Below are positions 39,371 to 49,130 of a stretch of 64,000 nucleotides of DNA, piece after piece. Each line of letters opens with the position of its first letter. Position 1 is the first letter of the stretch. Below the pieces are notes generated by a model, which worked only from the letters and a program-made list of their open reading frames with translations, did no database searches and was not told the DNA's origin. The DNA is taken from NCBI GenBank assembly GCA_001189075.1, contig LFCN01000006.1:460866-524865 (forward strand), read 5' to 3'. The stretch comes from Parcubacteria bacterium C7867-004 (GTDB taxonomy: Bacteria; Patescibacteriota; Minisyncoccia; Phycocordibacterales; Phycocordibacteraceae). A program made the position numbers and the translations under genes.

Positions 39371-40791
39371 AGCTCACCTTCGGAAACGCTGAGATAGAGA
39401 ACGCACCGAAAGGGTACGTTCGTATCCGCCTAACCGAAGAAGATATGGGGGTGCAACGCATCGTGCGCGAGAACAGCACCGACTGGCTCGAGCTCGGATG
39501 CGGAAAAGCGAAAGACATGAGCCGCAGGCGGTTCATAATTCTCTGCCGCGCAATCGTCATGGCAGCGAAGAAACACAGAGCGAGGAAGATCGCGCTTCAG
39601 TTCGATAAGACTCCTGCGCTGTTCAAGAATCTGCAGAAGATGACACCAGAGGAGATCTCCTCACTTGCCGCGCAGAACTATGAGATGGCGAACTTCGAGT
39701 TCACCACCTTCAAGACCAAGCCGAAAGAGGGATTCGGTCAGGTGGATGAGATCCTGCTTCTCGGGAAGTCCTCAAAGTCTATTGAGGCGGCTACCAAGCG
39801 CGGGCAGCTTATCGGTCAGGCCGTGAATGACTGCCGCGAACTCGCCAATACCCCAGGCGGAGATATGACCCCCCGGAAGCTCGCCAAAGCCGCAAAAACG
39901 GCCGTTACGGGGCTTCCGATAACCGTTACGACCCTGGGAAGGGTCCAGATGGAAAAGCTTGGTATGGGGGCGCTTCTCGGCGTTGCCGCCGGATCCAGTG
40001 AGGAACCGACGTTTACGGTCCTTGAGTACAAAGGCGCTAGCGGAAAGCCGATTGTGCTCGCCGGGAAGGGCATTACGTTCGACTCAGGAGGCCTCAATCT
40101 CAAATCCTCAGCAGGCATTTATGAGATGCATATGGACATGTCGGGAGCAGCTGCGGTTATCCATACCATCGCGCTTGTTGCACGCCTGAAGGTAAAGAAG
40201 CGTATCATCGCGCTCGTGCCGTCAGCAGAGAACATGCCGGGCAACAATGCGTATCGCCCGGGGGACATCCTCAAGTCGCTTTCAGGAAAGACCATCGAGG
40301 TCTTGAACACGGACGCAGAAGGTCGTCTTATCCTCGCTGATGCGATCACGTACGCGAAGCGTCTCAAACCATCGGTTGTTATCGATGTGGCGACGCTTAC
40401 AGGAGCCGCTATGAGCGCACTGGGTCTCTATGCAAGCGCGATACTCACGAAAGATGATGAGCTCGCTGACACGCTCGCGCGCGTCGGCGAGGAGACCGGC
40501 GATTATCTCTGGCGCCTTCCGTTGTGGGATGAGTACGAGCCCGCTATCAAGGGAACCTTTGCCGATCTCTCTAATATCGGCACGGGAGCAGGCGGCCGGT
40601 ATGGCGGCGCAACCGAAGGCGGCATATTTCTCTGGCAGTTCGCCAAAGAGCTCGACTGTCTATGGGCACACCTCGATATCGCTCCCCGTATGACATCTGC
40701 TCCCGGCGACGAACTTGCGAAGGGCGCAGCCGGAGCTCCAGTCCGTGCACTGCTATCATTCATAGAGTCATGGAACCCGAACGCGTCGTAA
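39367..40791 (+). CDS. pepA: Leucyl aminopeptidase (M17)
   Basis: GKGITFDSGG, DMSGAA, NTDAEGRL, ATLTGA, HLDIA. Confidence 0.93.
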   Translation: MKLTFGNAEIENAPKGYVRIRLTEEDMGVQRIVRENSTDWLELGCGKAKDMSRRRFIILCRAIVMAAKKHRARKIALQFDKTPALFKNLQKMTPEEISSLAAQNYEMANFEFTTFKTKPKEGFGQVDEILLLGKSSKSIEAATKRGQLIGQAVNDCRELANTPGGDMTPRKLAKAAKTAVTGLPITVTTLGRVQMEKLGMGALLGVAAGSSEEPTFTVLEYKGASGKPIVLAGKGITFDSGGLNLKSSAGIYEMHMDMSGAAAVIHTIALVARLKVKKRIIALVPSAENMPGNNAYRPGDILKSLSGKTIEVLNTDAEGRLILADAITYAKRLKPSVVIDVATLTGAAMSALGLYASAILTKDDELADTLARVGEETGDYLWRLPLWDEYEPAIKGTFADLSNIGTGAGGRYGGATEGGIFLWQFAKELDCLWAHLDIAPRMTSAPGDELAKGAAGAPVRALLSFIESWNPNAS

Positions 40792-41519
40792 CCAACTACA
40801 CGGGCTTCACCATCAAGGCCGGCTCCTTCGAAGGACCGTTCGAGCTCATTCTCGACCTCATCGAGAAACGGAAGCTTTCCGTGAACGAGATTACGCTCGC
40901 GCAGGTGACCGATGACTACATCGCGTTCGTGCGCGGACACGAGGCGTTCCCAATGGAAGACGCCGCGCAGTTCATCGGCATCGCCGCGACTCTGCTTCTT
41001 ATAAAATCGAAGTCGCTGATCCCCGAGCTCGAGCTCTCGACCGAAGAGGAGGAAGACGTCGATGATTTGAAGCGTCGTCTCATTCTCTATGAGCATGTGC
41101 GTACTGCTCGACAGGAACTTGCGCGCATCTTCGGGCAATCCGTACTCGTTTCCGCAGGGGACCGAGCACCAGAACCCATATTCGCCCCATCGCGCGACCT
41201 GACGCTTCCGCAGCTCACCGAAGCGCTCGCGCATGCACTCCTCGTTCTCGAGAAAGTAGAAGAGAAGCTTCCGGAAGCGAGGATCCGTTCCCTCGTTACC
41301 ATCGAGGAAGTTATGGATACGCTTCTGAAGCGCGTCCAGACCGCTATGAATCTCTCATTCAAGGAGTTCTCGAAGGGAAGCGCCGAGAAGGTCGAGGTTA
41401 TCGTCTCCTTCCTCGCGCTTCTTGAGCTCGTTAAGCAAGGAGCTGTTGATGCACTCCAGCACACCGCGTTCGAAGACATCCGAATAACTAATACGAGCGC
41501 AGGTGTACCGCGCTATTAA
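40770..41519 (+). CDS. scpA: Segregation/condensation protein A
   Basis: FEGPFELILDLI, AATLL.IKS..L.P, FLALLEL. Confidence 0.93.
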   Translation: MEPERVVTNYTGFTIKAGSFEGPFELILDLIEKRKLSVNEITLAQVTDDYIAFVRGHEAFPMEDAAQFIGIAATLLLIKSKSLIPELELSTEEEEDVDDLKRRLILYEHVRTARQELARIFGQSVLVSAGDRAPEPIFAPSRDLTLPQLTEALAHALLVLEKVEEKLPEARIRSLVTIEEVMDTLLKRVQTAMNLSFKEFSKGSAEKVEVIVSFLALLELVKQGAVDALQHTAFEDIRITNTSAGVPRY

Positions 41520-41523
41520 CTAT

Positions 41524-41799
41524 ATGAAAACAGTTGAGAAGAAGATTTTGCCTGAGTATTTCGAGGAGATTCTGAGCGGGAGGAAGACCTATGAACTTCG
41601 GCTGAACGATTTTGATATACACGAAGGCGACACGCTCTTACTCAAAGAATGGAGCAAAGAGCGGAAAGAATATACTGGCCGAGAAATCTCGAAGACGGTG
41701 GGTTTCGTTCGAGGGTGGAAACTCGGTGACCTCGAGGAGTTTTGGCCGAGAGAGGACCTCGAGAAATTCGGTATACAGATCATCTCTCTCAAGGATTAA
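41524..41799 (+). CDS. ASCH/PUA-like (DUF3850-type) protein
   Basis: KILPEYF..I..G.K.YELR..DF....GD.L.L.EW....YTGR. Confidence 0.85.
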   Translation: MKTVEKKILPEYFEEILSGRKTYELRLNDFDIHEGDTLLLKEWSKERKEYTGREISKTVGFVRGWKLGDLEEFWPREDLEKFGIQIISLKD

Positions 41800-41802
41800 T
41801 TT

Positions 41803-42405
41803 ATGATCCAAGTTGTCGAGATACACGGGGGCTCTACCCATGATTCCTATGAGAAATATCTCGAGGAGCTCCGTTCTAAGCAGGTAACCAAGAAGCATCT
41901 ATTTCCCTGGATAGGCTGGAAGCAGGGTATGCGCGACGAGCTTGGCCCCGAGTACGAGGTCCTCATGCCGCAGATGCCCAACAAGCAGAACTCCAAGTAT
42001 GCAGAGTGGAAGATATGGTTCGACAAGATAGTGCCGCTTCTCGATGAGAAAATCATTCTCGTTGGCCACTCACTTGGCGGGATATTCCTCGCGAAATACC
42101 TTTCGGAGAACGTCATCGATAAAGACATCCTCGCGACGTTCCTGGTAGCGGCACCCTTTGATGACAGCAGCGAGGAGTCCTCACTGGCGGATTTCGTACT
42201 TCCAGAATCGCTTGCGAAGTTCACCGAGCAGAGCCGCATCATTCACCTCTATCAGAGCACCGACGATCCCGTCGTTCCATTCACTGAGCTCGCGAAGTAT
42301 CAGGCGAAGCTGCCGTATGCGCTCGCGTCAGTATTCGAGGACCGCGGGCACTTCAACCAGGACGATTTCCCAGAACTTACATCTGATATCAAAGCGATTA
42401 ACTAA
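41803..42405 (+). CDS. YdeN/RBBP9-like alpha/beta hydrolase
   Basis: IHG, GHSLGG, S.DDP.VP, GHF. Confidence 0.88.
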   Translation: MIQVVEIHGGSTHDSYEKYLEELRSKQVTKKHLFPWIGWKQGMRDELGPEYEVLMPQMPNKQNSKYAEWKIWFDKIVPLLDEKIILVGHSLGGIFLAKYLSENVIDKDILATFLVAAPFDDSSEESSLADFVLPESLAKFTEQSRIIHLYQSTDDPVVPFTELAKYQAKLPYALASVFEDRGHFNQDDFPELTSDIKAIN

Positions 42406-43168
42406 CGACAAACAAGAAGAAGACGAGTGCGATAAAGATGCGGTAGATACCGAAAGGGATAAACGTATGCTTGCGCACGTACTGAAGCAAGAAGCGGATG
42501 GAGAAGAAGGCAACGATGAAGGAGACGATAAATCCGATCGCAAGGTTGCCGAAGTCCGCCGAAGAGAACGTACCGGCACTCTTCAAAAGATCGAGGCCCG
42601 TCGCCGCTGCCATAACCGGAACCGCCAGAAGAAAAGAGAACTCGAGTATTGCGACGCGACGGATACCCGCAATCAGCCCGCCTACGATGGTAGCGGCAGA
42701 ACGGGACACGCCCGGGATGATGGCTATCGACTGGAAGAGCCCGACGATAATCGCTTGCTTATAGGTAATATCGTGGACTTCGCCTGCGGCGGAATCCTTC
42801 TCCATGTGCAGAAGCTCGAACACGATGAGCGCCGCACCGCCAAGTGCGAGCGCCCACAACACTACCTGAATATTCCCGAGAAGATACGTCTTCGCGACAC
42901 CATGCAGAGCAAGTCCGATAACTGCGGTCGGGATGAACGCAGCCGCAATCTTTTTTAATATCGAGACATCAAGGAATGATTTCCAGTACAGAATTACAAC
43001 CGCGAGTATCGCGCCAAGCTGTATCGCTATCTCGAATGATTTGAGGAACTCGGTAGACGGGAGTCCGAGAAGCTCGCTCGCAAGGATGAGGTGGCCCGTC
43101 GAGGAGACGGGGAGGAATTCGGTGATGCCCTCGACGATGCCGAGTATCACGCTGTCGAGCCAGGTCAT
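42398..43168 (-). CDS. uppP: Undecaprenyl-diphosphatase
   Basis: EGITEFLPVSSTGH, PGVSRS, FSFLLA.P. Confidence 0.96.
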   Translation of the reverse strand: MTWLDSVILGIVEGITEFLPVSSTGHLILASELLGLPSTEFLKSFEIAIQLGAILAVVILYWKSFLDVSILKKIAAAFIPTAVIGLALHGVAKTYLLGNIQVVLWALALGGAALIVFELLHMEKDSAAGEVHDITYKQAIIVGLFQSIAIIPGVSRSAATIVGGLIAGIRRVAILEFSFLLAVPVMAAATGLDLLKSAGTFSSADFGNLAIGFIVSFIVAFFSIRFLLQYVRKHTFIPFGIYRIFIALVFFLFVVS

Positions 43169-43267
43169 GGGGAAAAGTATATTCGCAAAGTATCGACAGC
43201 GCTATCGCGGTGCTATATTTCATGGCAAGGATGTCATCGGGATGTCCTGAAGCTCTTGGGGGCTCGA

Positions 43268-43414
43268 ATGGCTAAGGAGAATAGGAACAGACGTTTGAAC
43301 AAGAAGTCGGGACCGAGGAGAAAGGTTCCGAAGCACGGGAAAGGGAAAGCAGCGCGGACGTGGTGGTACCACAGCAGCCAGCGGGTTGAAGGTCGTTCGC
43401 GTCGGCGAAGGTAG
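43268..43414 (+). CDS. Putative 48-aa very basic peptide
   Basis: MAKENRNRRLNKKSGPRRKVPKHGKGK...RSRRRR between a -10 box (~43214) and a terminator (~43435-43468). Confidence 0.4.
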   Translation: MAKENRNRRLNKKSGPRRKVPKHGKGKAARTWWYHSSQRVEGRSRRRR

Positions 43415-43532
43415 CGGACAGGATTTCCGAGGACAAAACGGCACGGCTCGCGCACGCGGGCCGTTTTCATATATAGGCTTTCCGTACCAAAGGGTTGCCC
43501 TTGACCGCCTTCAAGCGGTATTCTGTGACCAT

Positions 43533-44093
43533 ATGGCTCTGGCCCTCTCTTCGCAGCTTGAAGCTGTCCTATTCGCTTCAGGCGAAGCACTCTCGAAGGC
43601 GCGTCTCGCAAAGCTGTTCGAGGTATCTAAGGACTCCATCGACGACGCACTGAATGCGCTCCGCATCTCGCTCGGTGACGACCGCGGACTCGCGCTCGTT
43701 GAGACCGATGAGGAAGTAGAGCTTAAGACGGCAGCAGGGGCAGCAGACGCTATCAAGAAACTGCGCGAGAGCGAGCTCTCCCGCGACCTCGGTCGAGCAA
43801 GCCTTGAGACACTCGCGCTCATCCTTTACAAAGGAAGCGCTACCCGCGGCGACATTGATTGGGTGCGCGGCGTGAACTCTGGCGCCGCACTTCGCGTGCT
43901 TACACTCCGCGGGCTTGTGGAGCGCTATGAGGACCCTGAGGACAAGCGTCGTGCGCGCTATCGCGCTACCGTGGACGCGCTTTCGCACCTGGGCGTCGAA
44001 AAGCGGGAGCAGCTCCCGCGCTATGAGGAACTGAACGTGATGCTCCGTATCCAAGAAGATAAAGCAGCCGCTGCTGACGCCACTGACCTATGA
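43533..44093 (+). CDS. scpB: Segregation/condensation protein B
   Basis: LEAVLFASGE, L..ASLETLA.I.Y, TR..I..RGVNS. Confidence 0.93.
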   Translation: MALALSSQLEAVLFASGEALSKARLAKLFEVSKDSIDDALNALRISLGDDRGLALVETDEEVELKTAAGAADAIKKLRESELSRDLGRASLETLALILYKGSATRGDIDWVRGVNSGAALRVLTLRGLVERYEDPEDKRRARYRATVDALSHLGVEKREQLPRYEELNVMLRIQEDKAAAADATDL

Positions 44094-45097
44094 CCGCAAA
44101 CGAACCCGATTTGAAGACATTGATCCGTAAGCTCGAGAAGCGGCACCAGAAGAAGCAGGCGACAACCGCGCTTCTGGCCGGTACCGCTGTCTTAGGTCTT
44201 ATCGTTCTCATCTCACCGCTTTTCACCAAGCAGGAATCGCAGCCTATTGTTGAAGTACCGGGACCCGTTGCTCCGCTTACGGGGCCTGACGCATACGCAA
44301 ACACGAAGATCGAAGCGAAGGCAGCTATCGTCTACGACCTCACCACGCAGGAGGTGCTCTACGCGAAGAACAGCCGCTCGCAGCTCCCACTCGCGTCCCT
44401 TACGAAGCTTTTGACCATGTACGCCGCGAGCGACTCGCTCAAGCCAGACGCAACCGTTGTTATGACCGCGTCGGCACTCGCGTCCGAAGGCGAGAGCGGC
44501 TTTACGGAAGGCGAGACATTCGCGTTCAAAGACCTCGCACGTATCGCGCTTGTCGCTTCTTCAAATGATGCGACTTCGGCAATCGCCGAGACTGCCGCAA
44601 TCGCGAAGGCAACCTCAGGCCAGAACATGCTCGCAAGCGCGGTGTCCGCGATGGGTCTTTCGCAGACCTATGCCATCAACGGTACCGGCCTCGACGAGAG
44701 CACCTCGGTGTCTGGCGGATACGGATCGGCGTACGATGTCGCTACCCTCTCCGGTGCACTCCTTACCAAGGCGCCTGATATCGCGCATGCGACTATCGCC
44801 TCATCGCTCACGATTCGCTCGAAGGAAGGCGTGCTCCACACGCTCAAGAACACGAACCCGGATGTGGTGCGCGTTCCTAACCTGCTTCTCTCGAAGACCG
44901 GATTCACGGACCTTGCCGGAGGAAACCTCGCGGTTGTATTTGATGCGGGTATCGGGCATCCGGTTGCGATAGTAGTACTGGGCTCATCAATCGACGGACG
45001 GTTCCGTGATGTCGATAAACTTCTGTCGCTGACGCTCGATCACTTCGCCGGCATCGATCCCTCTTCCCAGACCGCAGCCGTGGGCAACGCCCTCTAA
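44090..45097 (+). CDS. D-Ala-D-Ala carboxypeptidase (S11)
   Basis: TM anchor, ASLTK, SSN, KTGFT..AG. Confidence 0.9.
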   Translation: MTANEPDLKTLIRKLEKRHQKKQATTALLAGTAVLGLIVLISPLFTKQESQPIVEVPGPVAPLTGPDAYANTKIEAKAAIVYDLTTQEVLYAKNSRSQLPLASLTKLLTMYAASDSLKPDATVVMTASALASEGESGFTEGETFAFKDLARIALVASSNDATSAIAETAAIAKATSGQNMLASAVSAMGLSQTYAINGTGLDESTSVSGGYGSAYDVATLSGALLTKAPDIAHATIASSLTIRSKEGVLHTLKNTNPDVVRVPNLLLSKTGFTDLAGGNLAVVFDAGIGHPVAIVVLGSSIDGRFRDVDKLLSLTLDHFAGIDPSSQTAAVGNAL

Positions 45098-45100
45098 TTC

Positions 45101-46162
45101 ATGATCATAGACGCTGCCAGAGTCCTCATACCATCCGTTGTCTCGTTCGTCATAGGTATCGCGATGGCGCCGCTACTCGCGCACTATCTCTACAAGTACA
45201 AGACCTGGAAGAAGAAAGGCGGGAAAGGGAACGGGATGGGGGATACCAACGGGACACCGCTGTTCGATGAGCTGCATCGCGAACGGGAGGTATCCACGCC
45301 GCGCATGGGTGGGATCATCGTTTGGGGAGCGACGCTCCTGACTGCGCTCGGCATATCCTTCTTCTCCATGCTGTTCGGGGAGCCCTTCGCCTCGTTCGAC
45401 TTCATGAACCGCAGTCAGACCTGGATCCCGCTCTTCGCACTTGCGGTAGGGGCGCTCGTGGGTCTTGTTGACGATATACTCGAAGTAACAAGCAGCAGTG
45501 GGGGACTGAAGCTGCGCTATCGGCTTCTGGTTGTTGCTGGACTCGGTGCATTCGCCGGATGGTGGTTCTACGCAAAGCTCGGTGTCTCCGCGATCGGCAT
45601 GCCCTTCATCGGTCCGATTGAGCTCGGCCCCTTCTTCGTGCTCTTTTTCATACTGGTAACGCTCGCGCTCTATGCCGGCGGCATTATCGACGGTATCGAT
45701 GGGCTCGCGGGCGGCATCTTCGCGATTATCTTCATGACCTATGCGGGTATCGCATTCGCCCAGGAGCAGACCGCGCTCGCTGCATTCGCCGCTACCGTCT
45801 CCGGAGCCCTCTTCGCGTTCCTCTGGTTCAATATCCCGCCTGCGCGCTTCTACTTATCCGAAACAGGAACGATGGCCCTTACCGTAGCGCTTTCCATAAC
45901 TGCGTTCTCGGCCGACGTGCTCGGAGAGGGAGTCGGCGTGGCTGTCCTTCCGATCATTGCGCTTCCGCTCACTGTTACCGTCGCTACCACGGTCCTTCAG
46001 GCGATCTCGAAGAAAGTCTTTAAGAAGAAGCTCTTCCGTATCGCGCCTATTCACCATCACTTCGAGGCGGTGGGATGGCCTGCGTATAAGGTGACCATGC
46101 GGTACTGGGTTATCACCATCATCGCGGGCATCTTCGGCCTTGCTCTCGCGCTCCTTAAATAA
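45101..46162 (+). CDS. mraY: Phospho-N-acetylmuramoyl-pentapeptide transferase
   Basis: TPRMGG, DD, DGIDGL, FN..PA, APIHHHFE. Confidence 0.95.
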   Translation: MIIDAARVLIPSVVSFVIGIAMAPLLAHYLYKYKTWKKKGGKGNGMGDTNGTPLFDELHREREVSTPRMGGIIVWGATLLTALGISFFSMLFGEPFASFDFMNRSQTWIPLFALAVGALVGLVDDILEVTSSSGGLKLRYRLLVVAGLGAFAGWWFYAKLGVSAIGMPFIGPIELGPFFVLFFILVTLALYAGGIIDGIDGLAGGIFAIIFMTYAGIAFAQEQTALAAFAATVSGALFAFLWFNIPPARFYLSETGTMALTVALSITAFSADVLGEGVGVAVLPIIALPLTVTVATTVLQAISKKVFKKKLFRIAPIHHHFEAVGWPAYKVTMRYWVITIIAGIFGLALALLK

Positions 46163-46538
46163 CGGCGATCGCTTCGATCTCGACAAGCGCGCCGGCAACG
46201 CCTAACTGCTCGACGAAGAGGAAGCTGATGGCAGTAGGGTAGTTACCCCAGATCTTCTGAGCTGCTGCGAGACCCTCTTTGATATCTTGACCGCTCACGA
46301 CACTAATATTCATCTTCACGACGTTCTCTTGGGACGCATCGACGCTCTTCAGTATCTCAAGAATGTTCTTGTACGCTTGCTCGGTCTGAGCAGAGAGCGT
46401 ATCGCCGGCCATCTTTCCGTCCTTGAGGATGCCGTTCTGTCCGCCGATATAGAGCGTCTTCCCGCCTTCAGCAAGTACCGCTTGCGAGAAGACCGGGCTT
46501 TTGTAGAGCGCGTCGGGATTCACGTGCGTGATTTTCAT
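46155..46538 (-). CDS. RidA/YjgF family protein
   Basis: FSQA, LYI.GQ, Q..QA..N, LVEIEAIA. Confidence 0.88.
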   Translation of the reverse strand: MKITHVNPDALYKSPVFSQAVLAEGGKTLYIGGQNGILKDGKMAGDTLSAQTEQAYKNILEILKSVDASQENVVKMNISVVSGQDIKEGLAAAQKIWGNYPTAISFLFVEQLGVAGALVEIEAIAVI

Positions 46539-46654
46539 AGCAGAACTGTAATCCGCACCGTCTGACGAATCGATGAAGCACGTACCAGGTAATTTGACAC
46601 CTCCTAGATCTAGTACTTTACTGTGACGGGTTGTAACGGAAAGGATGGGCCACC

Positions 46655-47062
46655 ATGGCCAGGGACATCGAGCGGTGGGCGGTGGGTATTTTCAGCGCAT
46701 TTGTCCTGCTATGCATTCTTTGGACACTTGGGAGGCCAGAGATGTATTCGGCAGCAGGAGCGACCTCAGGACCCGATGACGGCGGACTGAGCGCCAATGG
46801 AGTACTGCTATTCGAAGGGGTGTTTCTGACGCTCCTGATCTACGCCGGTTGGAGGATCGGCATCGGCAAGACATTTCTGATGCTCTTGGCGTCCGTCATG
46901 ACCATCCTGGGCTTCTGCCTTGGGATCGGGAAGGACCACATCGCGCCGGACCAGATGCTGTTGACGTTCATCGCCCTCATCGTGACCTTCGTGCTTCCAA
47001 TGACATTCGGCCTGTCGGGCCTCATCATCGCGTTCGGAACCACGCGACCGATCAGGCGCTGA
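46655..47062 (+). CDS. Orphan 4-TM membrane protein
   Basis: Hydrophobic helices, AAGGA SD, TTGACA upstream. Confidence 0.6.
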   Translation: MARDIERWAVGIFSAFVLLCILWTLGRPEMYSAAGATSGPDDGGLSANGVLLFEGVFLTLLIYAGWRIGIGKTFLMLLASVMTILGFCLGIGKDHIAPDQMLLTFIALIVTFVLPMTFGLSGLIIAFGTTRPIRR

Positions 47063-47174
47063 CCAGAAGCCGCCGTGTTCGACTAACTTCCGCCACTACA
47101 ATTAAGGTAGCCGGCGGTTTTATTTTTCTTCATACCATCTGGGAACGACCGTTCGTAGGCTAGAATAGGAAGAC

Positions 47175-48278
47175 ATGAAATTGTCCGGAGACCGAGTATT
47201 CGCCCTCATCGTCGCCATACTCGTTGTCGGAGGGGCGGCGATCTTCCTTTCCGCTGCACTGGGACTTCTCGCGCGCGAGGGCTCGTCGATCGGAAGGCTC
47301 GCGATAACGCAGCTCGTGCTCGGACTCATACCGGGCGTCATGGCGCTCATCGCTATCCGCTTCTCACCGCCCGAATGGATCATGAAAGCGGTTATCCCGT
47401 TCTATCTCTTCGCCCTAGTACTTACGGCAGTCGTGTTCATACCGGGAGTGGGCGTGCACGCAGGCGGCGCCACCCGTTGGATTGATATCGGGCCGGTCAC
47501 GGTGCAGCCGGCGGAATTCCTCAAGCCCGCAGTTATCCTGATGCTCGCGCTCTTTCTCGCGCAGGCCAAAGACAAGATAAAGGACTTCAAGCACGGACTC
47601 ATCCCGTTCGGGCTCATCGTTGGCGTGCCGTCGCTTCTCCTGCTCGCGCAGCCAAACACCTCGACGACCATGATCATTGGGCTTTCTGCGGCCGCGCTCT
47701 ACTTCTTGGCTGGAGCGAAGATGCGGGACTTCGCGATACTCGCGATCATGACTATCGTCGTGCTTGGTGCGCTCGTCGCGACGCGCCCATACCTTATGAG
47801 CCGTGTCGCCACCTTCATCCATCCAGAGAACGATGGGCTGGGCAGTGGGTACCAGATCCAGCAATCGCTCATCGCACTCGGTTCTGGGCAACTGCTCGGC
47901 CGCGGGTTCGGCCAGAGCGCGCAGAAATATAACTACCTTCCCGAGCCGGTAGGGGACTCGGTCTTCGCCGTGTATGGAGAAGAATTCGGCTTCATCGGCA
48001 CCGTCTTCCTCGTGCTCTTATTCCTCGCGTTCGCGACACGCGGGTTCGCGATAGCCGCTCAAGCAGGCACCGCGTTCGGTGCCTACGCCGCAACGGGCCT
48101 CACGCTTCTGATAACTCTGTCGGCATTCATGAACATAGGGGCCATGCTCGGCATCATGCCGCTCACCGGACTTCCGCTGCCGTTCGTCTCCCATGGAGGG
48201 ACCGCGCTTCTCGCAACCTTGGCTAGCGTCGGCATTATCTTCAACGTGGCGGCGCACCGCACCAAGCGGAAGATCTAG
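47175..48278 (+). CDS. ftsW: SEDS peptidoglycan polymerase FtsW/RodA
   Basis: GATRW, QPAEF.K, GYQ..QS..A.GSG, P.TG.PLPFVS.GG. Confidence 0.92.
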   Translation: MKLSGDRVFALIVAILVVGGAAIFLSAALGLLAREGSSIGRLAITQLVLGLIPGVMALIAIRFSPPEWIMKAVIPFYLFALVLTAVVFIPGVGVHAGGATRWIDIGPVTVQPAEFLKPAVILMLALFLAQAKDKIKDFKHGLIPFGLIVGVPSLLLLAQPNTSTTMIIGLSAAALYFLAGAKMRDFAILAIMTIVVLGALVATRPYLMSRVATFIHPENDGLGSGYQIQQSLIALGSGQLLGRGFGQSAQKYNYLPEPVGDSVFAVYGEEFGFIGTVFLVLLFLAFATRGFAIAAQAGTAFGAYAATGLTLLITLSAFMNIGAMLGIMPLTGLPLPFVSHGGTALLATLASVGIIFNVAAHRTKRKI

Positions 48279-48355
48279 AGTTGAGCCTTTGCTGAATTTG
48301 TTGTATAGATAGGCTGTTCCTGATTGGCAGGAATTGTACAAAAGGAGCAATCCAG

Positions 48356-49051
48356 ATGAGACAAAGACTTGCAGACAACGTCTTTGCGCTCAGGAAAGCT
48401 TCTCCTGAGCTGGGCATACCACTCGTAACTCCGAAGGGAGGCGGGCACGCGATACAGAAGATCGGCACCGGACAGACAGCGCCTGTGGTGCCCTTCGGCG
48501 ACGGTCCCGAGCGCCCCGATACACCTCACAAAGTGTTGCGGAGCGCAGAACCAGGCATTAAGGGATTCAAGAGGAAGGAGTGTCTTGTTCGCCGGGTCGC
48601 ATGGATCGGGATCATCGTGCAAGTCACCGCACGCGAGCTCGACTTCACCGATCTCGTTGAGCCGCTTGCAGGCATAGCGACCTTCTGGGCGGGTGGCGAG
48701 GGCAAGGAACCCTTCGTGCAGTATGGGCCGAGATTCAGCTCCTACGAGCGGGACGACCTGTTCGTCCTTTCCGAACGTGAGTGGATTCTCGTCTGCGACC
48801 GCGAACGTCGGGTCATGTACCTCGGGTGCAAGAACGGCCAGCCGGTGTGGCGTGCGGCGACAACTGAAGAGATCGCCGATCGTGTCCATTATTACGGCAT
48901 GCACGCCGATTTCCACAGTAGTATCTTCTGGGCTAACCAGACCCTGGTTGAGCTCGGCGTCTCCAGTAAAGCGGCAGAAGTCCTGGCACGAATTCCCGGC
49001 ATAGTCACCGACGCTGACCGTGACCGATTCAGGCGGACTGGCCGGGCATGA
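48356..49051 (+). CDS. Orphan hypothetical protein between ftsW and murG
   Basis: AAGGAG SD; 231 aa ORF filling the gap. Confidence 0.55.
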   Translation: MRQRLADNVFALRKASPELGIPLVTPKGGGHAIQKIGTGQTAPVVPFGDGPERPDTPHKVLRSAEPGIKGFKRKECLVRRVAWIGIIVQVTARELDFTDLVEPLAGIATFWAGGEGKEPFVQYGPRFSSYERDDLFVLSEREWILVCDRERRVMYLGCKNGQPVWRAATTEEIADRVHYYGMHADFHSSIFWANQTLVELGVSSKAAEVLARIPGIVTDADRDRFRRTGRA

Positions 49052-49130
49052 CGCACATCTACATCAGCGACCTTGCCAAAAGGTCGCTGATTTTCTTTAC
49101 CCACGCGTGGTATAGTCTAGGAAACAGGCT

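Noticed and set aside
43320-43360. SRP RNA helix-8-like GGAAAG..AGCAGC
   Set aside because: The required stem around the tetraloop is missing.
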